Shown: piece after piece, positions 7,883 to 18,700 of the stretch
Layout: each line of letters starts with the position of its first letter
Numbering within the stretch: the stretch's first letter is position 1
Source of the DNA: Candidatus Sumerlaeia bacterium
GTDB taxonomy: Bacteria; Sumerlaeota; Sumerlaeia; SLMS01; JAHLLQ01
Assembly: GCA_019634695.1 (NCBI GenBank)
Contig: JAHCAW010000003.1
Span: 3,397-67,396, forward strand
Direction: 5' to 3'
DNA: 64,000 nt
The notes under the pieces: model-generated
Seen by the model: the letters and a program-made list of their open reading frames with translations, nothing else
Database searches by the model: none
Told to the model about the DNA's origin: nothing
Program-made: the position numbers and the translations under genes

Positions 7883-10016
7883 CCCCGCGTACGATTCCGC
7901 CGGGGCAACCACGTCGCCGCCGGAATTGATCCGCGTGCTGCTGATCGAGGACTCGCTGGCCGATGCCACATGGGTGGGGGAGTGCCTCGCCGCCGCGCCG
8001 CGTGGCCGCTACGAGGTGGAGCACGTCGGCACGCTGGCCGATGGCATCGCCGTCGCCACTGCCGACGTGGGCTTCGACGTTGTGTTGCTGGACCTGTGCC
8101 TGCCCGACAGTCGCGGCGAGCAAACGTGGCGCACGGCCCTCGAAGCGTTGCCCGGCGTGCCCGTCATCCTGATGACCGGCCTCGAGGACGAGACGATGGC
8201 CGAGGAGGCGCTGCGCGATGGCGTGCAGGACTACCTGCACAAGCGCGACATTCAGACCGACCTGCTCGTCAGGGCGCTGCGCTATGCACTCGAGCGCCAG
8301 CGCGCGCGCGTCGAGCTGGCCGAGAGCCGCGAGCGCTATGCCCTGGCGGCACGTGGCGCCAACGACGGCATTTGGGACTGGGACCTGCGCGCCGGCCGCA
8401 TCGTCTTCTCGCCGCGGTGGAAGTCGATGCTCGGCTTCGAGGATTTCGAGATCGACGACGATCCGCAGGAGTGGTTCCGCCGCGTTCATCCCGAGTACAT
8501 CGACAACCTGCAGGCGAAACTCGGCGCGCACCTGCGCGGCGAGACGACGCACTTCGAGGACGAGCACCCGATCCTGCACGCCGACGGCAAGTATCGCTGG
8601 GTGCTGGTGCGCGGCCTTGCCGTGATCGGCCCCGAGGGACACGCGGTGCGCATGGCGGGATCGCAGACCGACATCTCGAAGCGCAAGAGCGCCGAGATCC
8701 AGCTCCGCCACGATGCCATGCACGACGCGCTGACCGGGCTGCCCAACCGCGCACTGCTGCTCGACCACCTGCGCTCGGCCATCGGCCGCACGCGACGCAA
8801 CGCCGAGTACCAGTTCGCCGTGCTGTTCATCGATCTGGACCGCTTCAAGATCATCAACGACAGCCTGGGGCACACGATCGGCGACCAGGTGCTGGTCGAA
8901 TTCGCCGGAAAGATGCGGCGCTTTCTGCGGCCGGGCGACATCGCGGCGCGCCTGGGTGGCGACGAGTTTGTTGTCTTCCTCAACGACATCTCGCACATGC
9001 GCGACGCGACGCGCGTCGCCGAGCGCATCCACCAGGACCTCGAGCACCCGTTCCACCTCGACGACATGGAGGTCACCGCGACGGCCAGCATTGGCATCGC
9101 GCTGAGCGCCACGGGATACGACAAGCCCGAGGACCTGCTGCGCGACGCCGACGCCGCGACGTACCGCGCCAAGGCCTCCGGTCGCGCACGCCACGAGGTC
9201 TTCGACCGCGCCATGCACGAGGCCGTCGTGTCGCTGCTGCGGCTGGAGTCGCACCTGCGCCGCGCGGTGGAACGCAACGAGCTCCTGATTCACTACCAGC
9301 CGTTCGTCTCGCTTGCCGAGTGCCGCCTCACCGGATTCGAGGCGCTCGTGCGCTGGATGCATCCCGAGCAGGGTCTATTGTCGCCGACGGAGTTCATTCC
9401 GCTGGCGGAGGAAACCGGGCTCATCATCCCCATCGGCTACTGGGTGCTCGAGAACGCCTGCCGCCAGATGGCGCTGTGGACGGCCCACTATCCGGCAACT
9501 GCCGGGATCAGTCTGAGCGTCAACCTCGCCAGCCCGCAGCTCTGTCGACCGGACTTCGCCGACCGCCTGAGCGGCATCCTCGACGCCACGGGCCTCGAGG
9601 CGCGCCGCCTCAAGCTCGAGATCACCGAGCGCACGATCATGGAGCCGCGCGAGGAGGTGCTCGCGAATCTTGCCGCGCTGCGCACGCTCGGCGTGCAACT
9701 CCAGATCGACGACTTCGGCACGGGCTACTCGTCGCTCGGCTTCCTGCGCAGCTACCCGATCGACCACCTGAAGATCGACCGCTCGTTCGTGCACGGCATG
9801 GCGGACAGCGGCGATGATCTGGAGATCGTGCGCACGATCACGAACCTGGCGTCAAACCTGCGGATGCAGGTCATCGCCGAGGGCGTCGAGACGGCCGACC
9901 AATACGAGCGGCTGCGGGAACTCAACGTCGGCGAGGGTCAGGGCTTCTACTTCTCCGAGCCCCTCGACCCGGCCGCAGCCGAACGCCTGCTCAGCGCCCA
10001 CGCGGCGGCGAACTGA
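7863..10016 (+). CDS. Response regulator with PAS, GGDEF and EAL domains (c-di-GMP turnover)
   Basis: REC domain (VLLIEDS...VVLLDLCLPDS), a PAS segment, RLGGDEF, and an EAL domain (FEALVRW...QIDDFGTGYSSL...KIDRSF). Its ATG overlaps the last 20 nt of the kinase gene. Confidence 0.9.
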   Translation: MSDCTPDPAYDSAGATTSPPELIRVLLIEDSLADATWVGECLAAAPRGRYEVEHVGTLADGIAVATADVGFDVVLLDLCLPDSRGEQTWRTALEALPGVPVILMTGLEDETMAEEALRDGVQDYLHKRDIQTDLLVRALRYALERQRARVELAESRERYALAARGANDGIWDWDLRAGRIVFSPRWKSMLGFEDFEIDDDPQEWFRRVHPEYIDNLQAKLGAHLRGETTHFEDEHPILHADGKYRWVLVRGLAVIGPEGHAVRMAGSQTDISKRKSAEIQLRHDAMHDALTGLPNRALLLDHLRSAIGRTRRNAEYQFAVLFIDLDRFKIINDSLGHTIGDQVLVEFAGKMRRFLRPGDIAARLGGDEFVVFLNDISHMRDATRVAERIHQDLEHPFHLDDMEVTATASIGIALSATGYDKPEDLLRDADAATYRAKASGRARHEVFDRAMHEAVVSLLRLESHLRRAVERNELLIHYQPFVSLAECRLTGFEALVRWMHPEQGLLSPTEFIPLAEETGLIIPIGYWVLENACRQMALWTAHYPATAGISLSVNLASPQLCRPDFADRLSGILDATGLEARRLKLEITERTIMEPREEVLANLAALRTLGVQLQIDDFGTGYSSLGFLRSYPIDHLKIDRSFVHGMADSGDDLEIVRTITNLASNLRMQVIAEGVETADQYERLRELNVGEGQGFYFSEPLDPAAAERLLSAHAAAN

Positions 10017-10033
10017 GGAGGGCTCCGGGGCTT

Positions 10034-10070
10034 GACAACCGGGCCGGGGTTGTCCAGACTTCTTCCACAT
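10034..10070 (+). terminator. Candidate intrinsic terminator after the GGDEF-EAL gene
   Basis: GACAACC (10034-10040) pairs with GGTTGTC (10048-10054) across a 7-nt loop, followed by the T-containing tail cagacttcttcc. The stem is modest and the T-tract is imperfect. Confidence 0.35.
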
Positions 10071-10171
10071 CCGCCCTGCGGCAGTACGCCCGCTCACCGA
10101 TTCCGAGCGTGTGCCGAGCCCGCAGGGCTGTTTCTTTTGTGCACCGGGACCGCCTGCCACGGAGGACTCTC

Positions 10172-11029
10172 ATGAGTGATCGTCGGATTGCCGTGCTTGT
10201 CGATGGCAGCTTCTTCCTGAAGCGCCTTCCGAAGCTTGTCGCCCCCACCCGATGCGATAGCACCGAAGGGATCGTTCGATGCCTTCGGCAGCTCTTTCGG
10301 AATCACGTCAAGTTCCTGACTGGAGTGGCAGACGACGATCAGCGCTGGCATCGTCACATCTACCGGAACTTCTACTACGACGCGGTGCCCTATGATGGTA
10401 AGGCCCATCACCCCATCGAGAACCGACCCTTGGATTTCGCGAAGAGCGATGTGGCACGCGCCCGTCACGACCTCTTTCGCCACCTCCGCAAGCAACCCAA
10501 GCTGGCACTGAGGCTGGGCAAGGTGACCAAGGATGGAGACTGGACGATCAACTCATCATTGACGAAGAAGATCCTTCGGACGCGGATTCATGTAGACCAT
10601 CTGGAATCTCTTGGGTCGAAAGCGGGGTCCGGTGAGCTCCCAAGGCCGGCAACGTTGCTGCTGCCTGCCGATGCTGCCGAGGAACTGCGCGAATTGCGGG
10701 ACTTCTGGAAAGGAGTCTCCTCGGGCGCCGTGGCACTCAACCTTCGTCAAAAGGGCGTGGACATGCGGATCGGCCTCGACATCTCCACGCTGACTCTCAA
10801 GCGCCAAGTGGACACAATCGTTCTCGTTGCCGGCGACAGCGACTTCGTTCCCGCAGCCAAGCTGGCTCGACGCGAGGGCGTCCAGATCGTTCTCGATCCG
10901 CTCTGGCAGAGCATCAACGACGACCTGTTTGAACACATCGACGGCTTGCAGTCGGGATTCCCGCGCCCGTCCAACTCCACTGGGCCGGACGCGACGGAGC
11001 AATCAAGTCCACCTGTCGGTCAGGCGTGA
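10172..11029 (+). CDS. NYN-domain (LabA/DUF88-like) predicted RNase
   Basis: GGAGGA lies upstream of ATG 10172. Motifs: IAVLVDGSFF, KGVDMRIGLDI, IVLVAGDSDFVPAAKLARREGVQIVL. The first 60 nt of the gene count about 57% GC. Confidence 0.75.
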   Translation: MSDRRIAVLVDGSFFLKRLPKLVAPTRCDSTEGIVRCLRQLFRNHVKFLTGVADDDQRWHRHIYRNFYYDAVPYDGKAHHPIENRPLDFAKSDVARARHDLFRHLRKQPKLALRLGKVTKDGDWTINSSLTKKILRTRIHVDHLESLGSKAGSGELPRPATLLLPADAAEELRELRDFWKGVSSGAVALNLRQKGVDMRIGLDISTLTLKRQVDTIVLVAGDSDFVPAAKLARREGVQIVLDPLWQSINDDLFEHIDGLQSGFPRPSNSTGPDATEQSSPPVGQA

Positions 11030-11110
11030 GCCTGTTGGTGTTGCCGACCGCTTCTCTTGCCTTCTGGAAAGCAGGCGTCGCTTGCCGCGCTCTGCGGATC
11101 CACACCATCC

Positions 11111-11548
11111 TCACGCCACCGGCAAGCCGAGTTCGCGGATGCGGGCGCCGATGTGGTGCGGCGTGATCGCTGTCGGCGCGATACCCTGCGAGACGTCGAG
11201 CGCAAACGAGGTCAGCACCGAGACGCCCAACTGCACGCGGTCGGTGGTTGAGACGACCGTGCCGACGAGCAGGCCGTGGCCGAAGGCGCCCTCCATTGTC
11301 GCCATGTGCACGGGCATCGAGCCGTCGCCGGTGACGGCCACGCGATAGAGCAGCATGCTGGCGCCCGAGTTGGCGAGGTACTGGTGCAACTCGTGCACCC
11401 AGCGCGGGTCGAGGCGGCGCAGGCAGGTGCGCACGCAGCGGCCCAGGTGTGCATGGTCGAGGTGAATCGCGGAGGTGCAGACGCGCACGGGACTCTCGTC
11501 GTCGTCCGACGTCAGGGCGCAGGCGGGATAGATGGTGCCGAGGTGCAT
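11111..11548 (-). CDS. Hypothetical protein (145 aa), translationally coupled to the upstream gene
   Basis: Its ATG (11548-11546) shares one nucleotide with the upstream TGA (11550-11548). The sequence MHLGTIYPACALTSDDDESPVRV... matches no family I recognise. Confidence 0.5.
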   Translation of the reverse strand: MHLGTIYPACALTSDDDESPVRVCTSAIHLDHAHLGRCVRTCLRRLDPRWVHELHQYLANSGASMLLYRVAVTGDGSMPVHMATMEGAFGHGLLVGTVVSTTDRVQLGVSVLTSFALDVSQGIAPTAITPHHIGARIRELGLPVA

Positions 11549-12162
11549 CAGAAGACCTCGCGCGTGCCGCCTTCGGACTCGAGCCACAGGTCGAGTGCGG
11601 AGCGTTCGATCAGGGGCATGACGACTTCGAAGGCCTTGGCGAGATCGTCGGCGCGCATGCCGGGGGGCAGGTAGAGCGGCAGCGGCACTTCGGCAACGCC
11701 GATGCGGATCGTGGCGTCGTGCTCGTCGGGGCAGATGGCCTCGTCGGCGCGCGTGTGCAGATGGAGCGTGACAGTGGCGGGTGGGATGGCCAGGTGCAGG
11801 GCGAGGCGGAATCCGACGCGTCGGAAGGAGACGTCGTAGTCGCCGGAGATGGCGCGCTCGCAGGCCAGCCAGGGAAGGTCGCGCGGTTGAAGGCCGCCGC
11901 GCACCTCGAGGGCGGCGCGGTAGTCCGCCTTGATGGGCGTGGCGTCGATGGCGGTGGCGGCAAAGCCTCCGCGGATGTGTGCGACGCGCGCCGCCTGGCT
12001 GGCGATCATGCCGGCGGCGGCGCTGGCCTGCGCGGCGACCGTGCGGCTCGACAGGCCGCCCAGCCGCCTCAGCCGCGCGTCCCACTGCCGCGCCTGCGCC
12101 GCGTGGCGATGCACGGATTCCTCGGGGATGTTGCGTTCGTTGTCGAACTCGATGTGGATCAT
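11548..12162 (-). CDS. Hypothetical protein (204 aa)
   Basis: ATG at 12162 (MIHIEFDNERNIPEE...). The amino-acid composition is coding-like, unlike the Arg/Pro-rich alternative frames. No family recognised. Confidence 0.5.
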   Translation of the reverse strand: MIHIEFDNERNIPEESVHRHAAQARQWDARLRRLGGLSSRTVAAQASAAAGMIASQAARVAHIRGGFAATAIDATPIKADYRAALEVRGGLQPRDLPWLACERAISGDYDVSFRRVGFRLALHLAIPPATVTLHLHTRADEAICPDEHDATIRIGVAEVPLPLYLPPGMRADDLAKAFEVVMPLIERSALDLWLESEGGTREVF

Positions 12163-12372
12163 GCGGTCTGTCCTCCCGTCGTGTGACGAACCGGTGGGTG
12201 ACGGTAGAGGATTGGCCCAAGACACGAACGCTGTCACGCGAAAAGAGCGCGACTCGTTCTTCGTGATTCGAGCTGCGCGGGGCACGGCCTCTCCGCGAGC
12301 GGGGCGGGAGGCGGGTCGTTCAGCATGGGATGCTGTGGCCGAGCCGGAGCCAAACGGCACGCCCGCTTGGCG

Positions 12373-13782
12373 TCAGTCCTCGTGCTCGCTCGAGATGGGC
12401 AGGGTGATCGAGCAGCTCGTGCCGCCGTTGGCGGCGGGCCAGATGTCGATGGTGCCGTCGTGGGCCTCGACGATGCGGCGCGTGATGGCAAGGCCGAGGC
12501 CGGTGCCGCCGTCGCGGCGGGTGAAGAAGGGCTCGAAGGCGCGTTCGGCGTCCTCGGGGCTGATGCCGGGGCCGTTGTCGTGGATGGTGATTTCGATGGG
12601 GCCGCGCGGGCCGGGCAGTTGGCGCAGGCGCACGAGCACTTCGCCGGGCCGCTCGCCCTTGGCCAGAATCTGCCGCGCGTTGATCAACACGTTGAGCAGC
12701 GCCTGCTTGATCTGGCCGGCGTCGCCGCGCAGCGTCGGCATGCGGCCCTCCACCTCCAGGCGCGCGTGCACCTTGCCGTCCGCCTTCTCGTGGAAAACGA
12801 ACGCGACGACCTCGGCGAGCAGCGCGTGCGGGTCGAATTCGACGATCTGGCGCTGGTTCGGGTTCGCGAAGTCCAGCAGCCGCCGCACGATCTTCTCGCA
12901 GCGTTCGGCCTCCTTGGCGATCGTCTCGTAGTCCTCGCGGTGCGGGTCGTCCGGCGGGCTCGCGCGCCCAAGGTAGTCGGCGTAGGTCTTGATGATGCTG
13001 ACCGGGTTGTTGATCTCATGGGCGACGCCGGCGGCGAGTTCGCCGAGCGCGGCAAGGCCTTCGGATTTCACCAGCCGCTCGCGCACGCGCAGCACCTCCT
13101 CCTGCTGCCGGCCCACGATGTTGACGATGAACGTCGCCAACAGCATGATCGCCCAGATCAGCGCCAGCCTCAGCACGACGGCCTTGCTCGCCAGCGCCAC
13201 GAGTTGCTCGCCCGTCCACAGCAGCGAGATGATGAACAGGATGCTGATGAGCCCGGCGACGAGCGTGTTCTCGACCACCGTGCGGAACAGGGCGAAGCCG
13301 CGCAGGATGAGCAACAGGTACAGGATATAGAAATCGCTGCCCGGGGCGACGGTCGCCAGGTCGGCGATCGGCTCGTGCGTGTCCAGATAGATGACTGCCG
13401 TGATGAACAGCAGGTCCAGCGCGTAGGAGACGAAGACGATGGGGCGCACCTGGGCCAGCGTGATGCGGTCCGCGGCGAAGAGCAGATGCTGGGCGGCGGT
13501 GGTGGCGCCGTAGATGAAGAAGACGGAGAAGGCGGCGGTGGAGGGCAGGGCCCAGTCGCGCACCCAGAGCCAGTACAGGGCGCAGATGGCGAGCATGGCC
13601 CACTTCATGGGCAGGATGGCGCGTGCCTCGATGCGGCCGAGCCAGCGGGCGTACTCGCGGCCGAAGGCGCGCGAGGAACGAATATTGAGGGCCGATGCGG
13701 AGCCGCTGGGTCCCGGCAGGTCGATCTTGCTGTCGGACAGCAGTCCCATGCGCGCCGCCCCTGCCGGCTGTCCCCGCAGCAT
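12373..13782 (-). CDS. Membrane sensor histidine kinase (polytopic N-terminus, HisKA, HATPase_c)
   Basis: About 6 TM helices, then H-box GVAHEINNPVSII, N-box LLNVLINARQI, and G-boxes DNGPGI and GTGLGLAIT. No response regulator is adjacent. Alternative ATG at 13749. Confidence 0.85.
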   Translation of the reverse strand: MLRGQPAGAARMGLLSDSKIDLPGPSGSASALNIRSSRAFGREYARWLGRIEARAILPMKWAMLAICALYWLWVRDWALPSTAAFSVFFIYGATTAAQHLLFAADRITLAQVRPIVFVSYALDLLFITAVIYLDTHEPIADLATVAPGSDFYILYLLLILRGFALFRTVVENTLVAGLISILFIISLLWTGEQLVALASKAVVLRLALIWAIMLLATFIVNIVGRQQEEVLRVRERLVKSEGLAALGELAAGVAHEINNPVSIIKTYADYLGRASPPDDPHREDYETIAKEAERCEKIVRRLLDFANPNQRQIVEFDPHALLAEVVAFVFHEKADGKVHARLEVEGRMPTLRGDAGQIKQALLNVLINARQILAKGERPGEVLVRLRQLPGPRGPIEITIHDNGPGISPEDAERAFEPFFTRRDGGTGLGLAITRRIVEAHDGTIDIWPAANGGTSCSITLPISSEHED

Positions 13783-13888
13783 CGGTCCGCCGCGCGTCTG
13801 CCGTCACGGTCTTCTCGGCTGCCGGGCGGCGCGGGCCGTCGGCCGCGCGCCCTCCGTGCGGGTTCATGCGCGTCCGGTCATGCCCGGC

Positions 13889-14209
13889 TCAATCGACGTC
13901 GTCGCCCTCGCCGTCGGGCGTGGAGACCGGCAGGTCGCGGATCTGCTTGCCGGGTTTGAAGGTCACGACGTGGTGCGCCGGGATCGGATAGGGCTTCTTG
14001 TTCTTGGGGTTACGGCCGATGCGGGCCTTGCGGCGCTTGATCTGGAAGACGCCGAAGTCGCGGATCTCGAGCCGGCCGTCGCGGATGATGACGTCCTTCA
14101 CGGCCTCGATGATGTTGTCGACGACGACAAGGGCGTCCTTGTCCTTCAGCGGATGGCCGCCCGTGGAGATTTCCTCGGAGAGGCGTTTGACGATGTCGGC
14201 CTTGATCAT
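13889..14209 (-). CDS. HU/IHF-family DNA-binding protein
   Basis: MIKADIVKRLSEE...RLEIRDFGVFQIKRRKARIGRNPKNKKPYPIPAHHVVTFKPGK is the classic IHF/HU arm. It ends in an acidic tail, GEGDDVD. Confidence 0.85.
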   Translation of the reverse strand: MIKADIVKRLSEEISTGGHPLKDKDALVVVDNIIEAVKDVIIRDGRLEIRDFGVFQIKRRKARIGRNPKNKKPYPIPAHHVVTFKPGKQIRDLPVSTPDGEGDDVD

Positions 14210-14304
14210 GATGCGGTGTCCCCGGGTGGGCATCCTGCGTGCCGGCGGGCCGAGTCGCACACTCGCCCGTTTCGGCTCGGGATTCGAAGAGTCCGGCAAC
14301 CGGC

Positions 14305-15336
14305 TCAACCTTTGACGAAACGGGAGTTGGAGCCACCCTCCCGCTCGATGAGGTCGCGCACAGGCTGGGGGAGTTCGTCCCGGAAAGTCAACCATCTGTT
14401 GCGCCCGGCCGGGTGCTGAAACTTCAGCCGCACCGCATGCAGCATCATCCGCTCGACCCGCACCGCCTTGATGTCCCGGGCCAGCCAGGGGTGCAGCCGG
14501 CACGCCAGCCCGGCGTACACCCGGTCGCCGAGCACCGGGTGACCCGCCTCGGCGCAGTGAATCCGGATCTGGTGCGTCCGCCCGGTCTCCAGCCGCACGT
14601 CCAGCACCGTGGCGTTGCGCAGGTGCTCCAGCACCCGGAAGTGCGTGATCGCCTCCTGGGCGCCCGGGGGCGCCTCGGCCGCCGTCTTGCCCACGGTCAG
14701 CCGCCGGCCGTCCGCGTCCGTCCCGAACCAGGTGTGCCAGGTGCCGCTCTCGGGCTCCATCCGCCCGAACACCACGGCGATGTAGTGCCGCTCCATGGCG
14801 CGCGAGGTGGCGTGCTTCTGCAGGAACCGCTGCGCCGGCACTGTCCGCGCCAGCACCATCAGCCCGCTCGTCTCCTTGTCCAGCCGCTGCACCAGGTACG
14901 GGTTGTCCACCTGCCCCCCGCGCCGCTTCCAGTAGTGCTTCAGCAGCTCGATCACCGGCGGCCCGCCCCCGGACTTCAGTCCCTCCTCCTCGGGCTGCAC
15001 CACCACCCCGGCCGCCTTCGAGAGCACCACCACCTCGTCGTCCTCGTGCACGACCCGGATGCGCTCGATCAGCGCCGTGTTGCGCGCCGGCCGCTCGCCC
15101 CGCACCCCGTGCCGCAGGTCCACGACCAGCGGCCGCTCCTCCAGCAGCAACGTGTCCAGATTGTCCACCACCTCGTCGCCGGCCCGCACCAGTCCGTTCG
15201 ACACCACCAGCACCACCGACCGCGACGACAAGCCCGGCAGCACCTCGCGCAGCACCTCCTTCACCCGCCGGCCGGACCACACCGGCCGCCAGTCAAAGTG
15301 ATGCAGCTTCTGCTCGGGGGAGGCGGGCTTGTTCAT
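14305..15336 (-). CDS. RluA-family (RluD-like) 23S rRNA pseudouridine synthase
   Basis: S4-like N-terminus, then VVLSKAAGVVVQP, LVQRLDKETSGLMVLA and GRTHQIRIHCAEAGHPVLGD. Confidence 0.85.
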   Translation of the reverse strand: MNKPASPEQKLHHFDWRPVWSGRRVKEVLREVLPGLSSRSVVLVVSNGLVRAGDEVVDNLDTLLLEERPLVVDLRHGVRGERPARNTALIERIRVVHEDDEVVVLSKAAGVVVQPEEEGLKSGGGPPVIELLKHYWKRRGGQVDNPYLVQRLDKETSGLMVLARTVPAQRFLQKHATSRAMERHYIAVVFGRMEPESGTWHTWFGTDADGRRLTVGKTAAEAPPGAQEAITHFRVLEHLRNATVLDVRLETGRTHQIRIHCAEAGHPVLGDRVYAGLACRLHPWLARDIKAVRVERMMLHAVRLKFQHPAGRNRWLTFRDELPQPVRDLIEREGGSNSRFVKG

Positions 15337-15750
15337 GCCCCGGACTGTGCGAGCCCCCGCCCGGGACAGGCAAGGGGGAAGGGGGGAGGCCGCGCAACTG
15401 CGGACGATTCGGCAACCGGATGGGAACGGAGAGGCAAATGGGACGGATGGGATGATCGGTTCCCGCCCGCCCGATCGGCCGCACTCGGCCGATCCATTCC
15501 ATCGACCCCCTGCCGGACTACTCCAGGTTCCTCAAGCGATAGCGCCGTCGATTTTGACAACTGGTGTTGACGGATGGATAGTTTGTGTCCTAGTAACTCT
15601 GATCGGGGAATCGGGACAGGCTGGAACCAGCATTGTGCGGAATTGTGCACAGTCAGCGAGTCGCCCGCCTCTGGCGGCGGCGACGCCGTACCGTGGAAGC
15701 GAGGGCTGAGGGGGCACTTGCGGTGTTCGGCCGCCACGGAGAGTGTGCCC

Positions 15751-18700
15751 ATGAAGAACTGTTCGAAACTTCCCGCCCGAGCAAGTGTGGCTGCGATGCT
15801 GTTGATGCTGACAGCATTCCAGGTCGTCTTGGCGCAGTCCCCGACCACCGGCACTCTCGATGTCAGTATCGCGCCGCCGCTTGCCGTGGACGATGGCGCC
15901 CAGTGGAGCGTCGACGGCGGCGCCACCTGGCATGAGAGCGCCTCGCCCGTTGTGCTTCCAACAGGCTTCTACAACGTCGATTTCCTCGAGATCGCCGACT
16001 GGCTCCGCCCGCTTGCAGGCGCCCCGCACGGCTGGGTGTGGAGCAAGGGATCCAACGTGGTTGGTGCTGCCGGCGTCTATGGGACCCGCGGTGACCCTGA
16101 TGAAGCCAATACTCCGGGTGCCCGAACCGGCTCTCGCGGCAGCGTCGGCGCCGACGGGGAACTCTGGCTCTTCGGGGGGATCACCGCTCCCGTTGTCGGC
16201 GAATCCTTTATGGACGATCTGTGGCGATTCGAGCCCGAAACAGGCAACTGGACCTGGATCAAGGGGTCTGACACCGCGAATCCTTCGGCGGTCTACGGGA
16301 CGCTCGGCGAGCCAGACATCGCCAACACTCCGGGCGGGCGCACCCGGGGTCTTTCGTGGACGGACCACCAAGGCCGATTCTGGTACTTCGGTGGCTTGGT
16401 CGGAAGCCAGCTCAGCAATCGTCGGCAGGATCTTTGGCGCTTCGATCCATCGACCAACGCCTGGACTTGGATGAAGGGATCGAGCGTGGACAACGCGCCA
16501 TCCGTCTTCGGCGATCAAGGAGTGTCGCACCCCAGCAATACGCCTGGGGCTCGGGTAGATGCTGCCGGTTGGGTCGACCTGGCGGGCAGCCTTTGGGTCT
16601 TCGGTGGCTACGGGCGGAGCCCTGTAACCGACGATGTCGGCAGCCGGTATCTCAACGACCTGTGGCGCTACGACACCTCCTCGGGTGACTGGACGTGGCG
16701 CAAGGGGACAGCCGAAGCCAACCACCCCGGCCACACGGGCACCCGTGGGATTCCCGATCCCGACAACATTCCGGCGGCCCGCCACTCCGCCAGCACCTGG
16801 CTCGACTCCGACGGAAACCTCTGGCTCTTCGGTGGTCTGGTTATCGGGCCTGGATTGCTCGACGACTTGTGGCGCTTCGATCCGGCAACGAATACCTGGA
16901 CCTGGATGGCCGGCAATCCTGCGGTTCCGCAGAACGCGGCATACGGGGAACTTGGCGTGCCCGCTGCCGCCAATACCCCGGGAGCCCGCATGAACGCAGC
17001 CACATTCACCGACTCTTCCGGAGGGCTCTGGCTGTTTGGAGGCGCCCGCGACGCCAACCGGTTCAGCGACCTGTGGCGCTACGATATCCCTACCGGCAAC
17101 TGGGCGTGGATGGCAGGACCCGACCTGCCCAACCAGAGCGGCACTTACGGCAACCAAGGCGAGCCCGCCGAGAACAACTCTCCCGGTGCACGCCAATTCG
17201 CCTGTTCGTGGACCGGTGCCGACGGCAAATTCTGGCTCTTCGGCGGCCAAGGTTCGGGTGGCTCCGCCAACCGGCACAACGACCTCTGGAGCTTCCATCC
17301 CGGCGGCTTCACCAACCGTGTGCTCGTACAGCCGAATCACATAACTGCCGTGACTGGGACGTACACACCGACCGGCGCCCTGGAGGTGTCGCTCGAGCCC
17401 CTCGCCATCGCCGGAGTCGCTCGCTGGAGCCATGACGGCAAGTATTGGCGCGAGAGCACCGAGACGATCATCCTGCCGGAAGGAACATACAATATCCAAT
17501 TTGACGAGGTCGCAGGCCGCACCGCGCCCCCCGTCGCAACGGCCGACATCGTGCACCGTCTTACGACCCGACTTACCGTCTACTACAACTCACCACCCCA
17601 GATTACCCACCTGACCATCGAGCCCGCCACTCCGCGCACCCTCGACGACGTGACCGCGGTCTTCGAAACCCTGGACGCCGACTTGGACAGCATCTCGGAT
17701 GTCGAAGTCGAGTGGCTGCTCGACGGGCAGGTGATCGCCGCCGGCGAAACACTGGCCGCCAGTCACACCGCTTTCAACCAGGCCTGGGAGGTGCGGGCCC
17801 GAGCACGGGACGATCGCGGCGACTGGGGAGCATGGGCCACCCATTCGTTCACGATCGCCAACACGCCGCCGACTCAGCCCATCGTCGAGGTCCGCCCCCC
17901 GAATCCCGCACCGGGCCGCGACCTTGTCGCCGACATCGTCGAGTACAGCGTCGACGCCGACGGCGACACCATCGCCTACGACTTCCATTGGTTCGTTTCG
18001 CGCGACCGTGGCCAGACCTGGATCCACAAGGTGGAACTGAATGGGTCGCCCCAAGTCAGCAACGAGTTCATCTTCCCCCTCGATGTTTGGCGTGTCCATG
18101 TCATCCCCTATGAGGTGCATGCAAGCAAGACAGGCGCGCCGCACAAGGGCGACCGGCAGGAAGGTGAGCCTGGTTGGCATCAAGTGTACGTCGGCCAGAA
18201 CCACCATCCCGACTTCGTCTTCACTCGCATCCAGTTCTCGCGAGAAGCATCCAACCAGGCCGTATTCGACGTTGCATGGGAGTGGCACGACCCCGACGGA
18301 GACGCCGCCACCATGTTGCTGTTCTGGACCGACCGGGGACCTCGAGGTCTGCACAGCCTTGCAGGCCCGGTTCCCGCGAGTGCCGGTGCGCTTGTCGTCT
18401 CTGCAAACATCCCCGCCGACGTCTCGACGATCTACCTGCACGGCATTTTGATCGACGAGAAGGGCGCGATGTCGCAACGCACCGCTGGCCTGCTGACTGG
18501 CGATGCCAGCGGCTCCTTGCACGTTGTACTTGGGCCACCACCGGTCACCCACTTGGGTGCCGCATGGCGACGCGTCGGCAGCGACACCTGGAATCCGAGC
18601 GATCACGTCGAACTCGCAGTCCCTGTGGGCATCCACCAAGTCGAGTTCCAACCCGTCTTGGGCTGGGTTGCCCCCGCGACTCGCGAGGTGCTCGTTGCGG

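Noticed and set aside
12185-12270. Possible degenerate copy of the heptad element (GACGAAC at 12185, CACGAAC at 12223, CGTTCTT CGTGATT at 12255-12268 around a small hairpin). Also an 11-mer, GACACGAACGC, shared between 12221-12231 and 54301-54311.
   Set aside because: There are only one to two units per arm. By rough estimate, hundreds of chance 11-mer matches are expected among all position pairs in 64 kb on both strands, so the evidence cannot be distinguished from chance without a genome-wide motif model.
16060-17330. Recurrent ctgtggcgcttcga... segments suggesting tandem DNA duplication.
   Set aside because: They are the six Kelch blades of one protein. Nucleotide identity between blades is limited to the conserved DLWRF/W-x-W codons, so this is protein-level repetition.
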